A DNA stretch of 64,000 nt, from contig NIVC01000177.1 in NCBI GenBank assembly GCA_002269645.1, forward strand, positions 256,134-320,133. The letters are read 5' to 3'. The number at the start of each line of letters is the position of its first letter. Position 1 is the first letter of the stretch. The notes under the pieces are model-generated. The model had not been told where the DNA came from. It saw nothing but the letters and a program-made list of their open reading frames with translations, and made no database searches. The stretch comes from Macrostomum lignano. Taxonomy: Eukaryota. The position numbers and the translations under genes are program-made. Positions 44,934 to 57,449 of this stretch are shown here, one piece after another.

Positions 44934-47900
44934 AAGGTTGACAGATATTTTTAGATTTCCAAGGCTTATTGGGGGCATTGCTGAGATGTCAAGGGGGGAA
45001 GTTGATATGTTAAAGCTTGTGGGGGGGGGGATAACTGACATGTCAAGGCTTACAAGGTTTGACAGGAGATTTTTTAAGATTTCAAGGATACATGTAGCTT
45101 ATTAAAAAAACGTGTATTGCATTTCTTTGGCTCCCCAACGGGGGGCGTAGATTGCTAGTTATGTTCTGTAAGTGCAATTAAGAGCAAAACTACTGCATGA
45201 GGAAGATAATAGAGTGAGAAGGAATAATTATCAAAACTAATGTATATACGAGTGCATACAGTACAATTAAAGCATTGCACGTAGATAACGCTTATATCTT
45301 TCATCTGCATCATTTAATAACAGGTACATGCGCGGGAAATTTTTTGACCACATACGTACTGCAGTTACGCGTGGTACACAGTTGAACATGTACATGTACA
45401 TTTTTTTACATGGCATGTAATAGTAAATTAACATGTATCACCGTAATACAAAACCGCCGATTTGCTATAATAAGTTTTTGGTTGTCAGACACGTCACTAA
45501 CCATCAGCATGCAGAGGTAGGAATTTCGTACGGGGTGCCGCATGCGTTGGTGGGTCACTTAGATGATCATGATGATCAAAGTGTACGCCGCGCGTACATT
45601 TAGTGTACCGTTTACATGAAGCCCACGGAACAGACGTAATTTAATGTCATGCGCATAAAAACAGCAGCCGCTTTTTGACAATTTTAAACTTCTTTTTATG
45701 CGCCCCTAGCGGCTCCAACTGCCAATTAAAAATTTACAAGTAGCTTTGTATGTCCATATGCAGGTTTTTGAATACTTGTTTGATCAAAATGCTTTTTAGA
45801 AAAAATTAGGTTAAGTTATATGAAGGCCGGCCTCACAAATGCCGTATGCTCGTAACTCGTAATGCAAAAAATTATGCGATCGTAAGATGTTTCATGCTTT
45901 GCGTATGAGTAGTTTAAAAAGAGTATGAATTAGTAATTCCTTCACAATAATAATAAAAATGCAAATGCTTACATGTAGATATCAAAATTATCTAGGCTCT
46001 CTCTATACTGTCAACTTTTGAAAGGCTTAATTAATTTTTAGAAAAATACCTCCTTGTCATTATTTGCTAAATTTTGGAGCTAAAGAGAAGACTGTCGAAT
46101 TAACTAGCTTTAAATAACTTTAAACTTTTTGAATGCATAAAAGCTTGTTAAAATCACTGTGGTGTAATAAACTAATTTTTAAAAGTCGGCTGTGAAATCG
46201 AAAAGATCGTGCGGATCCAGTGGACGCGTGCTCAAATGCAGTTTCTGGATGAGGTAGTGCACTACTCCTACATGCCTAGAGCCTAGTTGACAGCTAATTA
46301 CCTATTTCAATTCTGTTTTGGCATGATTAGGCCTAGTTTTGAAGATTGTGGACATGATTAGTTTTTTTTTAAAAGACATTTTATCTTTAATAAGTGACAC
46401 TTTACAGTGTCAGTAAGCCTACATGTATATAAAGCTAAATCAATAAATTTTATCTATGAGTAATGACCATATAGTAAAGGCCTATCATTCACGATCCTTC
46501 ACATTTAATTTAAACCATGTCTTTTTTTTGAGCCATCACTTCACAAAGCAAAATATTAATTAACTGTAATTATTTAACTATCAATTTTTAATGTTTTACT
46601 TTTAATGTCTGATTTCTATTTTTAGAATTGAATCTAGAGTAGTATATTTTCTTATTTTATAGGGGCCTACTGCTTTTGGTTAGATCTAGTTAGTTCATTT
46701 CAACAAGTTAAATTAGTATAATTTTTAAGTATTAGGTTAGCAACTAAGGCCTAAGCCATAATCTAGAATTCTAGATCATGCTTGCTTGGTGCACACCTAA
46801 ACAAAAAGTGAAAAAATGGATTAATTGCTAATGCATGCCAAAAAGTGTTGCAACTAAGCCTATAAATGACCTTTTAACAATGTTGCAGTTTGTTTTGCGT
46901 AATTATTTTTACACTCTTTTATAATCTTTTATACTGCTCAAGATTTCCCAACCTAGAATTGCTTAAGATATACAAAATTTTGCAAGTTATTTCAAAATTG
47001 CAATATTTCAAATCTGATGGATGGCACATTCCCTTTGTGCTAGGCCTACATGTATGATGTGACTCATTTCAAAGAGTTCCTCTGGTGTCGCATGTACTTT
47101 ACCAATGTCTTTGGTGCAGTGCTGTATTGGATTGCCCATTACTATCCCCGATTTGAGTTGTGAGACTTGTTTTGAGTGACTTAAGGATTCAGTGACTAAG
47201 GAACAATGTTATAATTCTGTTAATGTTCATTTGTTTGATTGTTCATGACGTCGGCACATATTCAAAAGTAAAAAAAGTATGCAAAACAAACTGCAACATT
47301 GCCAACCCTTTTTCCATTACAACAATAAATGACTTTTTTTGAGTTGCTTTAATGACTTTTTTAGCTAATGATTTAGTTGATTTTTTGATTTTCACTAAAA
47401 TACTATTTAGAGCAAAAATCAATATATACATCAGATTTGTTCAGATGCCTTATTATAAGCTTTAAAAACCTAGAAAGTTTTAACTATATGCTTAAAAATG
47501 AAATTTTTTCATCTTTTTCCATTTAATAAACTTCTATATGATTTTATAGGTTGCATGCTAGCCATACACGCATGAAATGCCCAACAATTTTCTAAGGAGT
47601 TAAGCCTATGCATGCCAACTGTGTGTGCCTACTTTTGGTATACAAGGCCAATGCATTCCTAAATTTTTGGGTATATATTATATGATCCAAAGTGTAGTAA
47701 CTAATTGGATTTTTTAAGGTTTGAAATCTACTATCTAGTTCAAGGGTTGGCAAACTCTGGCCCGCGGGCCAAATCTGGCCTGCAAGGCTTCCTTATCTGG
47801 CCGGTTTCCCTTTGATATTCCTTAATGTTAATGTGGCCCGCATATACATGCGCAACTTCTGAAATTATGCTGGCCGTGCAACTTAGTTTTCGATAAAAAA

Positions 47901-48429
47901 TGCAACTTACCTATGAAAGAGCCAAGCAAAAACTTTAGGTAAACGGCAAGAGTAACTATGACCATATTTTTAAAGCTAAATGCCTCGCCAGCTAATTAGT
48001 GCTGTGTGCAGATTCTGCGTTTTTATAATAGCTAATCAGTATGTCATCTAGTGGCGGCATGAAGCAATTAGTAAATTGTCAGTACAGTGTAGTGAGCATA
48101 CTACAAAAGTCATGATTCATGAATGTCCAGAAGTAAGTGAAGTGAATACAGTGTGACCTATAGCTCAAGAACGATTTGCTAGACAATTTGGCATAGAAGA
48201 TGAGAGCCCTGATTCAGATGGCTCATCAGATGCAGAATACGAATCCAGTAGAGATACAAGCTGTGAAAACCCACAGATTTTTAAACCACTGAATTCTAAT
48301 TCCCGGAACTATTTTTGCATAGATTCTAAATTTGAAGTCATGCTCAAACAAAAACTTGTTAACAGTTAGGAAAAAGGCAAAGATGGGAGTAAATGCATGT
48401 TAAACTAAGATTTGAGGCCTTTGCAAATT

Positions 48430-49110
48430 CTCTCCATTCCTCAATCTTCTCATCCTCTTTTTCTTTTCTCTCTCATCCCTTATCCCTTCTCTCTTTCCTC
48501 TCCTCTCTCCTCTCTTTCCTCTCCTCTCCTATCTCTTCTGTCTCCTCTCTACATTCTTATCTCTCCTCTCGTCTCTCTCCATTCCACTCTACTCTCTCAT
48601 CTTATCTTCCCTCTCGTCTCTCTCCACTCTACTCTCTCATCTTATCTCTCCTCTCTTTTCTACTCTCTCATCTCTCCTCTCTTCACTCTCCTCTCATCTC
48701 CTCTTTATCCTCTCTTCTCTCATCTACTCTCTCCTCTTTCCTCTTTCCTCTCTTCTGATCTTATCCATTATCTTTTCTTTCCTCTTTCCTCTCATCTCCT
48801 CTTCTCTCTTATCTCTTTTTCCTCCCTCAGCTTTTCTCTCCTCTTCTATCTTTTCTCCCATTGCATCGCTCGCCTCTCCTCTGTTTGCTTATCTCTAATC
48901 TTCTATTCCCTCTACTTTGAAGTAAGAAAATATGCACATATTTTTGCTGAAGATAAGAGGAGAGAAGAGGGCATTGAGGAGAAAGGGTAGAGAGAAAGGG
49001 GGAGAAGAGAGGAGAGTAAAAATGAGAGGAGAGAGAAGAGGGAAAAGGGGGGGAGAGAGAAGAGGGGAGGCAAGGTAGAGAAGAAGAGAGAGATGAGAGT
49101 TGAAGAGACA
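48430..49110. repeat. CT-rich then GA-rich low-complexity tracts flanking the palindrome AAAATATGCACATATTTT
   Basis: Pyrimidine tract 48430-48910, purine tract 48955-49110. Confidence 0.75.
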
Positions 49111-49122
49111 CCAATCTTGCTA

Positions 49123-49986
49123 CAAGGGGCATCCGGAAAGTAGTGTTACTTTTGCTTGGTGTGGACGTATGGACAGTCACACTTGCATGTGCTTGGTGTC
49201 ATTTGAAAGCGGCAAGTCTCTTCTTTAAAATGACACCAATTGCAAGAGATTTGAATCTGTGCTTCAAGAGATATGGACGATTAAGTAGAGAAAGGTCAGT
49301 CATAGACTTACAGAACCTCAAAAATGTCAACAGAAAACTTTTATCACGAGCGTAATTACTCCAGAAAAAACAAAAAAACACAACAGTACAGTACAGAAGC
49401 AGGTGAAACAGATAACAAGCAAATTATCACACAAGCGAACAACATTAAAATCATTCATCGGTTGGCAGACTTGTCATCTTGCTGACAGCATAGTCGCCAT
49501 GAGCTGTGCAAAGTTGCCTGTGGATGTCAGCCGATTTGGTTCCAGAGCTCCAAAGTGTAAAGATGGCATGTCGCTGCCCAGTCTTTGAATGCACATCCAT
49601 TTGCAGTTCACAATTGAAAATTGAATGTCAATAAACTTTGCAGGCGCAGCAGAAGCAGTTTTACAAGTCTCGTAGTTTTATGAGACAGCCCCTCTCGTTC
49701 ACTGCATCATATTTGGCCATAGACAGCCCATGATTACGAAAAAATCGATAAAATCGTAAAAGTTTTCTGTTGACATTTTTGAGGTTCTGTAAGTCTATGA
49801 GGACTATGACTGACCTTTCTCTACTTAATTGTCCATATCTCTTGAAGCACAGATTCAAATCTCTTGCAATTGGTGTCATTTTAAAGAAGAGACTTGCCGC
49901 TTTCAAATGACACCAAGTACATGCAAGTGTGACTGTCCATACGTCCACACCAAGCAAAAGTAACACTACTTTCCGGACGCCCCTCA
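49123..49986. mobile_element. Tc1/mariner-type MITE nested in the hAT element
   Basis: ~225-bp TIRs (49123-49347 and 49757-49986) beginning CAAGGGGCATCCGGAAAG / TGAGGGGCGTCCGGAAAG; TA TSD at 49121-22 and 49987-88; no transposase. Confidence 0.9.
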
Positions 49987-50189
49987 TAGTTAGGAAGTTT
50001 CAAAGAACCCGAGGGGCAAGGGCCAGATAGAGGGGCTTCGCGAGCTTGCCAACCTCTGCTCCAGAGTTTAAGAAATCAATGGGAAACTGTTGACGCGGGC
50101 TTCTGATTTCAAAGATCTTGTCTGTTGTTGAAGGCTTCTATTCTGTTTTTGCTCTCCTGCCACACTTGCACCTACTACCCCCTGATTGC

Positions 50190-50790
50190 CTCTGATTGTG
50201 ACTTACTTCCCTCTTATTGCGACTTAGTTGCTACTTTTTGCGACTTACCTAATCCTTTTTGCGACTTACCTAATCCTTTTTGCGACTTACCTAATCCTTT
50301 TTGCGACTTACCTAATCCTTTTGCGACTTACCTAACCCTTTTGCAACTTACCTAATCCTTTTTTCGACTTACTTAATCCTTTTTGCGACTTACCTAATCC
50401 TTTTGCGACTTACCTAACCCTTTTGCAACTTACTTACCCTTTTGCGACTTACCTAATCCTTTTGCGACTTAGCTGATCCTTTTGCGACTTACCTGATTCT
50501 TTTTGCGACTTACCTGATTCTTTTTGCAACTTACCTGATCCTTTTTGCGACTTACTTAACCCTTTTTGCGACTTACCTAATCCTTTTGCGACTTAGCTGA
50601 TCCTTTTGTGACTTACCTAATCCTTTTTGCGACTTACCTAATCCTTTTTGCGACTTACCTAATCCTTTTTGGGACTTACCTAATCCTTTTTGCGACTTAG
50701 TTTGCTTCTTTTGCGACTTACCTGATCCTTTTTGCGACTTACCTGATTATTTTTACAACTTAGTTTGCTTCTTTTGCGAATTGTTTTTCT
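50190..50790. repeat. 21-22 bp tandem repeat (TTGCGACTTACCTAATCCTTT) inside the hAT element
   Basis: About 27 units. Confidence 0.93.
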
Positions 50791-51369
50791 TTTGCTTCAC
50801 CATTTTCCCTGAACTGCTCTTTCTTTCGCTTTCCTCTTGCCTTTCTTGGTTCTTGTGTTTTTCTGTTTTTGGTTGACTCAATTTTGCGACTTACCCCTGG
50901 TCAGCCACGATTTATGGTGGCCGGATTGGCCAGGTCGGCCAGCAGTTGCGCATGTATGGGCCCGCAAACAGATTTCACAAACTCCACTCCATACTCACCA
51001 CCCAAGCAAGGCCCAACCAAGGGCAGAGGAATGGAGGGAGGTAAAAGGGCTATAGGAGAAAGAAGGCCCTACTGTACTCTTCCACAAAAGGATTGGGGAG
51101 AGGAAGGGTTTGTGTGCACAGTCATGTTGAGGCTGAATGTACATTTAGCCTCAAACTAGCGTCCCCCCCAGTTTGCAATCAAAAAGGAGAGAAATGGTAA
51201 AAAAGCCGGTAGGCTAAGAGTTCACTCACCCAACTGTAGTAAATACAAAACTTTTTAAATAATCAGACATCTCGTATCTATTACTGCATTGTTAACATAA
51301 CAATTTTATAGTGTTCTAAAGTTTATTTTAAGTGCTTGCTTTAATGATTGACTCTAAGCCTAATAGAAA

Positions 51370-54011
51370 ATGGCTTCAGCACCACAACAGAAAAAGCGCA
51401 AGGTTGACATGGAGCACCGTTCATTCAATTCTGCTTGGACTGAGAACTATTTTTTTATTGAGAGATATGGAAAGGCACAGTGTCTTATCTGCATGGCAAC
51501 TGTCGCAGTTTTCAAGAGGCTAACATCCGCCGTCATTGGGAGTCTGTGTACAAGGCCTCTAAGTATGTGACAATGGACACTGAAACTCGCCAGAGTGCTA
51601 TCACCAGACTGACTGCGCAACTGAACCAGCAGGCAAGCAGCTTTGCTCCCCAAAGGTTTGGTACAACAATCACTGAAAAGCTGTTCGAGCCAGCTTTGAA
51701 GTTTCGCAGGTAATGGCAAAGAAGATGAAGCCTTTCACTGATGGGGAATTCATCAAGGAATGCCTAGAGATGTTCGAAAGTAAATTTTCTGTCAAAATCG
51801 AAATCGAAATCAAAATTTGCTACTTTCCAAAATCAAAATCAAAATCAAAATTTTCCGAAATCGTAATTCAGAAAAACAAAGTTTAGTACAACCGACACTT
51901 GCTTTTCTACTTTCGATTTACTGCTCATGCAAAACAAAATACATGTATGTTTAGCAGAAGTTCATTTATTTTCGGCCACTAAATAAGTAGAATCCCTCAT
52001 TGCCACTTTTAAATGCAAAATTTTTTTTCGACGCGAAAACTACATACTGTAAATGTGTTAAGTAATTTATTTGAACTAGTGCCTTTAAAAGAAACACTAA
52101 GGCGCATATATTGCATTACTAGACGATATTAAAGCACGGCAGCAAAGCGCGCCTTTTCCTTGCTAGACAAAACAAATTTCTCTGCCTTTATCTATCTAGG
52201 TGGTAGGGTATAGGGTGTATACTGAGTTGTACATGTATAAAATGTATAGTTAAAATGTATATGTATCACTGCATGACTAGCAATAACTGAGATTGTGTAA
52301 ACAATAATGCATGTACATGCACGGTAAATGTATATATATATACTGTAAAATGCGAAAAATATGCAATATATCAGCAGACGCTTTTGCAGCTTTAAAGTGC
52401 AACAAAATTTACAAAAATTTACAGTTCCACATGTACAAAAAAACTAAAATCAGATAAAAACTTAAGAAGTAGGCACTTCCGAAATTTTGACTTCCGAATT
52501 TTTTTCGAAATCGAAATTTGCTCTAAAAAAATCCGAATTTTGGAAAATCAAAATCGAAATCAAAATTTCGGAACATCTCTAGGAATGCCTGCTGGCAGCA
52601 GTGGATGTCATGTGCCCTGAGCAGCGATCTGCCTTCTCTGCCATGAGCCTTTCTGCAAGAACTATCTCTAGGAGGATGGAAGAGATGTCTGCTGATATTC
52701 GTGCATCATTCCAGGACCTCTCGCAGCGCTTTGAAGTTTTCTCAGTGGCCATTGACGAGTCAACTGATGCCAAGGATACCAACCAGCTGGCAATCTGTAT
52801 ACGCGGCATGTCAACTGACTTTACTATAACAGAAGAATTTTTACAGCTTGTCCAAATAAAAGGCACATCGACAGGAAAAGACATTGCCGATGCCATCTTG
52901 GCCAGTCTCACAGCTAGCAATCTAGACCTGAAGAAGCTTGTTGCAGTGACAATAGATAGAGCTCCTGCAATGGTGGGGGAAACCAAGGGTGCTGCTTCAC
53001 TAATTGCCAAGCGCTGTGCAGAGGAGATGAGCTCGCACACAGTGAAGAAGCTCCACTGTATCATCCACCAGAGGCATTATATGCTAAGGCAGCATCCTTG
53101 CCCGATGTCATGTCTGCTGTTGTGAAAGCTACCAATAGCATTCTTTCTCGCAGCCTCAACCATCGCCAATTCCAATCTCTCCTGGATGAAGCCGAGGTGG
53201 CATATGGCTATCTTCTTTACTATTGTGAAGTACGTTGGCTGTCTCATGGCAACATGCTGGCTCGTGTCTGGGACCTGCGGTCAGAGGTTGCTGCCTTTTT
53301 AGCTAAGAAAAATTCGCTGCGGAGTTCAATAACCCCAGGTGGCTGGCTAAACTAGCACTCCTAGCTGATGTCATGGAACAGCTCAATGGCCTCAACACAA
53401 AACTGCAGGGGAAGGATTCCCTCATCACTAGCATGTGTGCTGCTATGAAAGCTTTTGAAGTGAAACTCCGTCTTTGGGAGGACCAAATCTCGAAAAACTG
53501 CTGCTCAACCTTCACCCACCTGGCATCTCTTCAGGAGGAAACTGTGCCATGGGACGAGGCCAAGTTAGTTATTGCCTGCCTAAGAGAGCAATTCAAGACA
53601 AGGTTCCAATGCGTGAGAGACTTTGACAGCGATTTTCAACTCCTATCCACCCCATTTACGGTATCAATCAATGACCTCCCAGAGACTCTCAAGATGGAAG
53701 TTGTCGAGCTGCAGTGCAACGATGGATTGTGAGGAAGGTTTGTGGCTACAACCCCACTGGAGTTCTTCGCCAAGCATTTGGACAGAGAGCTTTTTCCAGT
53801 CCTCTCTGCTCATGTTTGCAGTGTAGTTGCTATCTTTGGTAGCACATATATTTGCAAGCAGCTGTTTAGCAAAATGAAGTATGCCAAGAGCCGCTTGCGC
53901 ACTCAGCTGACTGATGACAATCTTAACACCGTGCTGTTGCTGGCTTCCACTTCTCTGGCTCCCAACTTGAAGTCCCTCATCCGCAAGCACCAGCACCATC
54001 CATCTCATTGA
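51370..54011 (+). pseudogene. hAT (SPIN/Buster-type) transposase, disrupted
   Basis: KKRKVD...FNSAWTENYFF...CLIC, KPFTDGEFIKECL, FSVAIDESTD, HCIIHQ, EVRWLS, FGSTYICKQLFS; at least 3 frameshifts, a TGA at 53730 and a MITE insertion at 51765. Confidence 0.93.
51765..52581. mobile_element. Non-autonomous hAT-type MITE inserted in the transposase ORF
   Basis: TIRs TAGAGATGTTC...GAACATCTCTA; 8-bp TSD GGAATGCC at 51757-64 and 52582-89; removing it restores FIKECLLAAVDVMCPE; AAAATCGAAATC subterminal repeats. Confidence 0.93.
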
Positions 54012-55388
54012 CTTACATGTAGTCCTAATTTTCAGTCAAATTATGTGGAAAATGAACTTTTTGGATGATGCATTAAGTAAGTTGTACTGCATTCAATGTA
54101 TGTTATTAGACTAGTGCATAATTTTCATTTTTGTGTGCTTGTTCTTGCTATCATTTAATAAATAAACGATACGGATACTTGATAAAACATCATTTTCAAT
54201 CAATTTTCACTGAACTTTGAATGTGGATAAAGAAAACAAGAAATTGGTTCTTTCTCTGGCCCGTGGTACTGTCCCAGAACTCAATCTGGCCCGCACTGAT
54301 AAAAAGTTTGCCAACCCCTGATCTAGTTGCTAGCTAGCCTTTGGGCTCAAAATCCAGTTGCCAATGATTATTTTTGGTTGCTCATTGGCAACTAGCCAAA
54401 TTCTTCAGGATTTGACCAATTGTAGCCTTTGACCAAGGCTGCATTTGAAAAGCAGAAATTTGTTCTCTTAATTCTAAGATTGCTATCCATGCTAAAAAAA
54501 TCAGTTCATATGGCCATTTTTTATATTTACAAAATCATTTTTTGAAATTGGCAACTAGTACAAAGAGAATAAAGTTACCAGATTGGCCTTTGATACAAAA
54601 AATCCAGTTCCCAATGAGATTTTTCAAAGGGCCAAAAACCTTATATGGCCCAGAAAACCTAGGTAACTAAGTAAATATTATACTTTATTTAAAGCCTAAA
54701 GTAGTATATCCAAACATCAGCAAATTTGGTTCTTTGCAGTAAAAACCATATCAAATTCTATAGTTGATACGTGCATTATATCTTATCAACTGGCTAATGG
54801 AACCCATGCTGGGTGCTATCCTCTCATTGCATAGCACAACTCAGATTGATATAGAATTTGACACCATTTTTATTGCAAGAAACCAAAGTTGTATACATTT
54901 ATATCCAATGAGAAAAGATGAAATCTTTTCAACTATGCAATGCCATGTCATAGCCCTAGATGTTATAAGTAAAATGGCACCAAACTTTTAAAAATTGATC
55001 AAGTAATAAAAAATAATCAAGTTTTTTTCTTAAGATAGACTCATAGGATATTCTATCTAAAAAGAGTAAAGCCTTAGCATTTTAAAAATATTGACTTAAT
55101 TAGAGAATAGAGATTCCTAGGCTCTATAAGATTTTGAACATTTTTATTATTTAATTTGAAAAATTTATTTTCCTAAATATTCTAAGTAAAAAGGTACTAT
55201 ACTTTTGAAAATTGGTCAAATTTATAGGTCAGACAAGATCTCAATCTTGATCTTAATTTCAATCATAAAATCTTGGCATTTTTTTAATTTCAATCTTGGT
55301 AATTCAAGATCTTAAAAATTTTAAGATTTGTAATTATATGATTATTTATTAAAAATTCTGGTAGAACAGCACGCTTGATAATGAGAAG

Positions 55389-55592
55389 TAAAAGAAAGGA
55401 GATTGCGAGCATTTTCATTAGAACAACATGTTTCGCCTAACTTTAGGCATCATCGGGCAAATTGAAATTTGTTAATTTAAGTCAAAACGTAGAGTATAAA
55501 TACATTTTAGTGGCAGATAGTCAGTGATGCACAAAATTGTAATAGCAAAACACGGGGGGAGTCAACAGATCAAAACCGAGATAGACAGAGAA

Positions 55593-55624
<32 letters not shown>

Positions 55625-55916
55625 GTATTCCGGTTATTCCGGGGCCGGTGCTCTCCTGAGAGTGTTCTAACGTACACCCACTGCCTGGCTCTCTCTCTCT
55701 TTTTTCTCTCTCTCTCTGTCTATCTCGGTTTTGATCTGTTGACTCCCCCCGTGTTTTGTTATTACAATTTTGTGCATCACTGACTATCTGCCACTGAAAT
55801 GTATTTATACTCTACGTTTTGACTTAAATTAAATAAATTCCAATCTGCCCAATGATGCCTAAAGTTAGGTGAAACATATCGTTCTAATGAAAATGCTCGC
55901 AATCTCCTTTCTTTTA
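55389..55916. mobile_element. Foldback/MITE-like element: ~235-bp inverted arms around a ~65-bp spacer
   Basis: 55389-55623 is the reverse complement of ~55688-55916 with few mismatches; (GA)n/(TC)n at the inner ends; TA at both outer ends. Confidence 0.85.
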
Positions 55917-57045
55917 ATTATTAAAAATGCTCTAGCCTCTAGTTTTTATCTACTGTTCTATCTAGTATTCAGAGAGGTACTATGTTGTGGCATTGATTCA
56001 AACTTGAAAGTAAAATTGCAAAAAGAACTAGAAGCTTGCTGTTTTTACTATATTTACATTTGATATATATCAAGTTATTAACAAGTTCAATATTAAATAA
56101 GGATTGACCATGATCATGGTCACAATTACAAAAAACTGTAATCATAAAGAAAAATCATGCAGTCTTTTGCCAATTATGGTTCATGAATTTTGTGAATTAA
56201 ACCTTAATTCTTAAGTCAAAGTATAACATACAATAAAGCACTAAAGTACCATTTCCTTTTTTACATGGACTGGCTATAGTAGGAAGCAATTGTGAAAAGC
56301 AAACCAAAATTGCAATAAATCAACATAGATAAAACAAAGCCACATAATAAAATACAGTCAAACAATAAACATGATGAATCAAGGCTTAAAAATAAGTAAA
56401 AGTTACTAGACCTGATAGTAATAATATTAATAATTCTGTGTTAAAATTTAAATGTATGTTTAAAATTTTATGGTTACTTTTTGTTTCATACTATCTAGTT
56501 TTTCAGTTACACATGAACAAAAATTACAGTCAGTCAATCCCTAATATTAAATAATCATTGTTTTTCTTTCTATTATCATTATTGTATACATTTAACAAGT
56601 AACAATATTAATATTGATAGATAGAATAGGCCTACTATATGTAAATTAGGCTTAATCTCCAATCTTGATCTAATCTTAAGGATCTCAAAAGTATAAATCT
56701 TTAGTCTTAAAAATCTTTGAAATTTAATGTAGTCTGACTCTGACCTCTAGTCAAATGATAAAATTTTATAAAACTTATTACATCTAATTTCTAAGTATCT
56801 TTACTTTTCAAAATTTTATAATAAATTTGCCTATAACATTAGGCATTATGTCTATCATTTACTTTGTCTAAAACTTGTTTATTTACTAATTAATATTATT
56901 GATATGACTTTTTTATCTTTTTTCTATATCAAAAGTGTCATTTTTATATTTTTCTTTTATATAATGAACTAATAAAAAAACCAATATAGCTAGAATAGCC
57001 AAAACATTTGCAACAATGCCTATTAAGTCAGTTTTAATGATATTA

Positions 57046-57180
57046 TAGCCTAGTGGTTAGTAGTTATTGTTCCCAATCCCACTGGAACAATTTGTGTACT
57101 TAAGCAAGGCACTTAACTCTGCATTGCTTCAGTTCACCCAGCTGTAAAATTGGTGCCAGCATTAGCTGGGGTAACTGAGT
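57046..57180 (+). mobile_element. tRNA-derived SINE remnant with a CORE/Nin-like central domain
   Basis: A-box-like TAGCCTAGTGGTTAG followed by AAGCAAGGCACTTAACTCT...CACCCAGCTGTAAAATTGG, which resembles conserved invertebrate SINE central domains (recognised from memory, not aligned). Confidence 0.5.
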
Positions 57181-57449
57181 TTGTGTTTGGCGACGGGGTG
57201 CTTTCACAAGGTCGAAACTTTATAAGCTCGAAATTTCATAACATCGAAAACTTAAATAGCAGCCACTTTCACAAGGTCGAAACTTTGAAAGCTCGAAACT
57301 TCACAACGTCGAAAACTTATGTAACAAGAACTATGCAGTAGTTTTCGACGTTGTGAAATCTCGAGTTTGTGAACCCGCCCCCTCCCGTGGCGACCCCCCC
57401 CAGTCCTTGGACTGAACAGCCATAATGCAGCCTTCAGATTAAAAATTTT

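Larger units (their letters stand above)
47741..54320 (+). mobile_element. hAT DNA transposon, Buster/SPIN (GTF2IRD2/ZBED5-like) group, defective, with nested insertions
   Basis: TIRs CAAGGGTTGGCAAACT (47741) and AGTTTGCCAACCCCTG (ends 54320); 8-bp TSD ATCTAGTT with central TA at 47733-40 and 54321-28; subterminal TGGCCCGC motifs at both ends. Confidence 0.95.

Noticed and set aside
45695-45715. GCGCCCCTAGCGG (and TCATCTAGTGGCGG at ~48045) resembling CTCF motifs
   Set aside because: Short motifs that also occur in transposon subterminal DNA; no evidence of function from sequence alone
48200-48380. Acidic peptide (EDESPDSDGSSDAEYE) inside the hAT left arm
   Set aside because: Short, no start codon or domain; not enough to call a captured gene or second transposase
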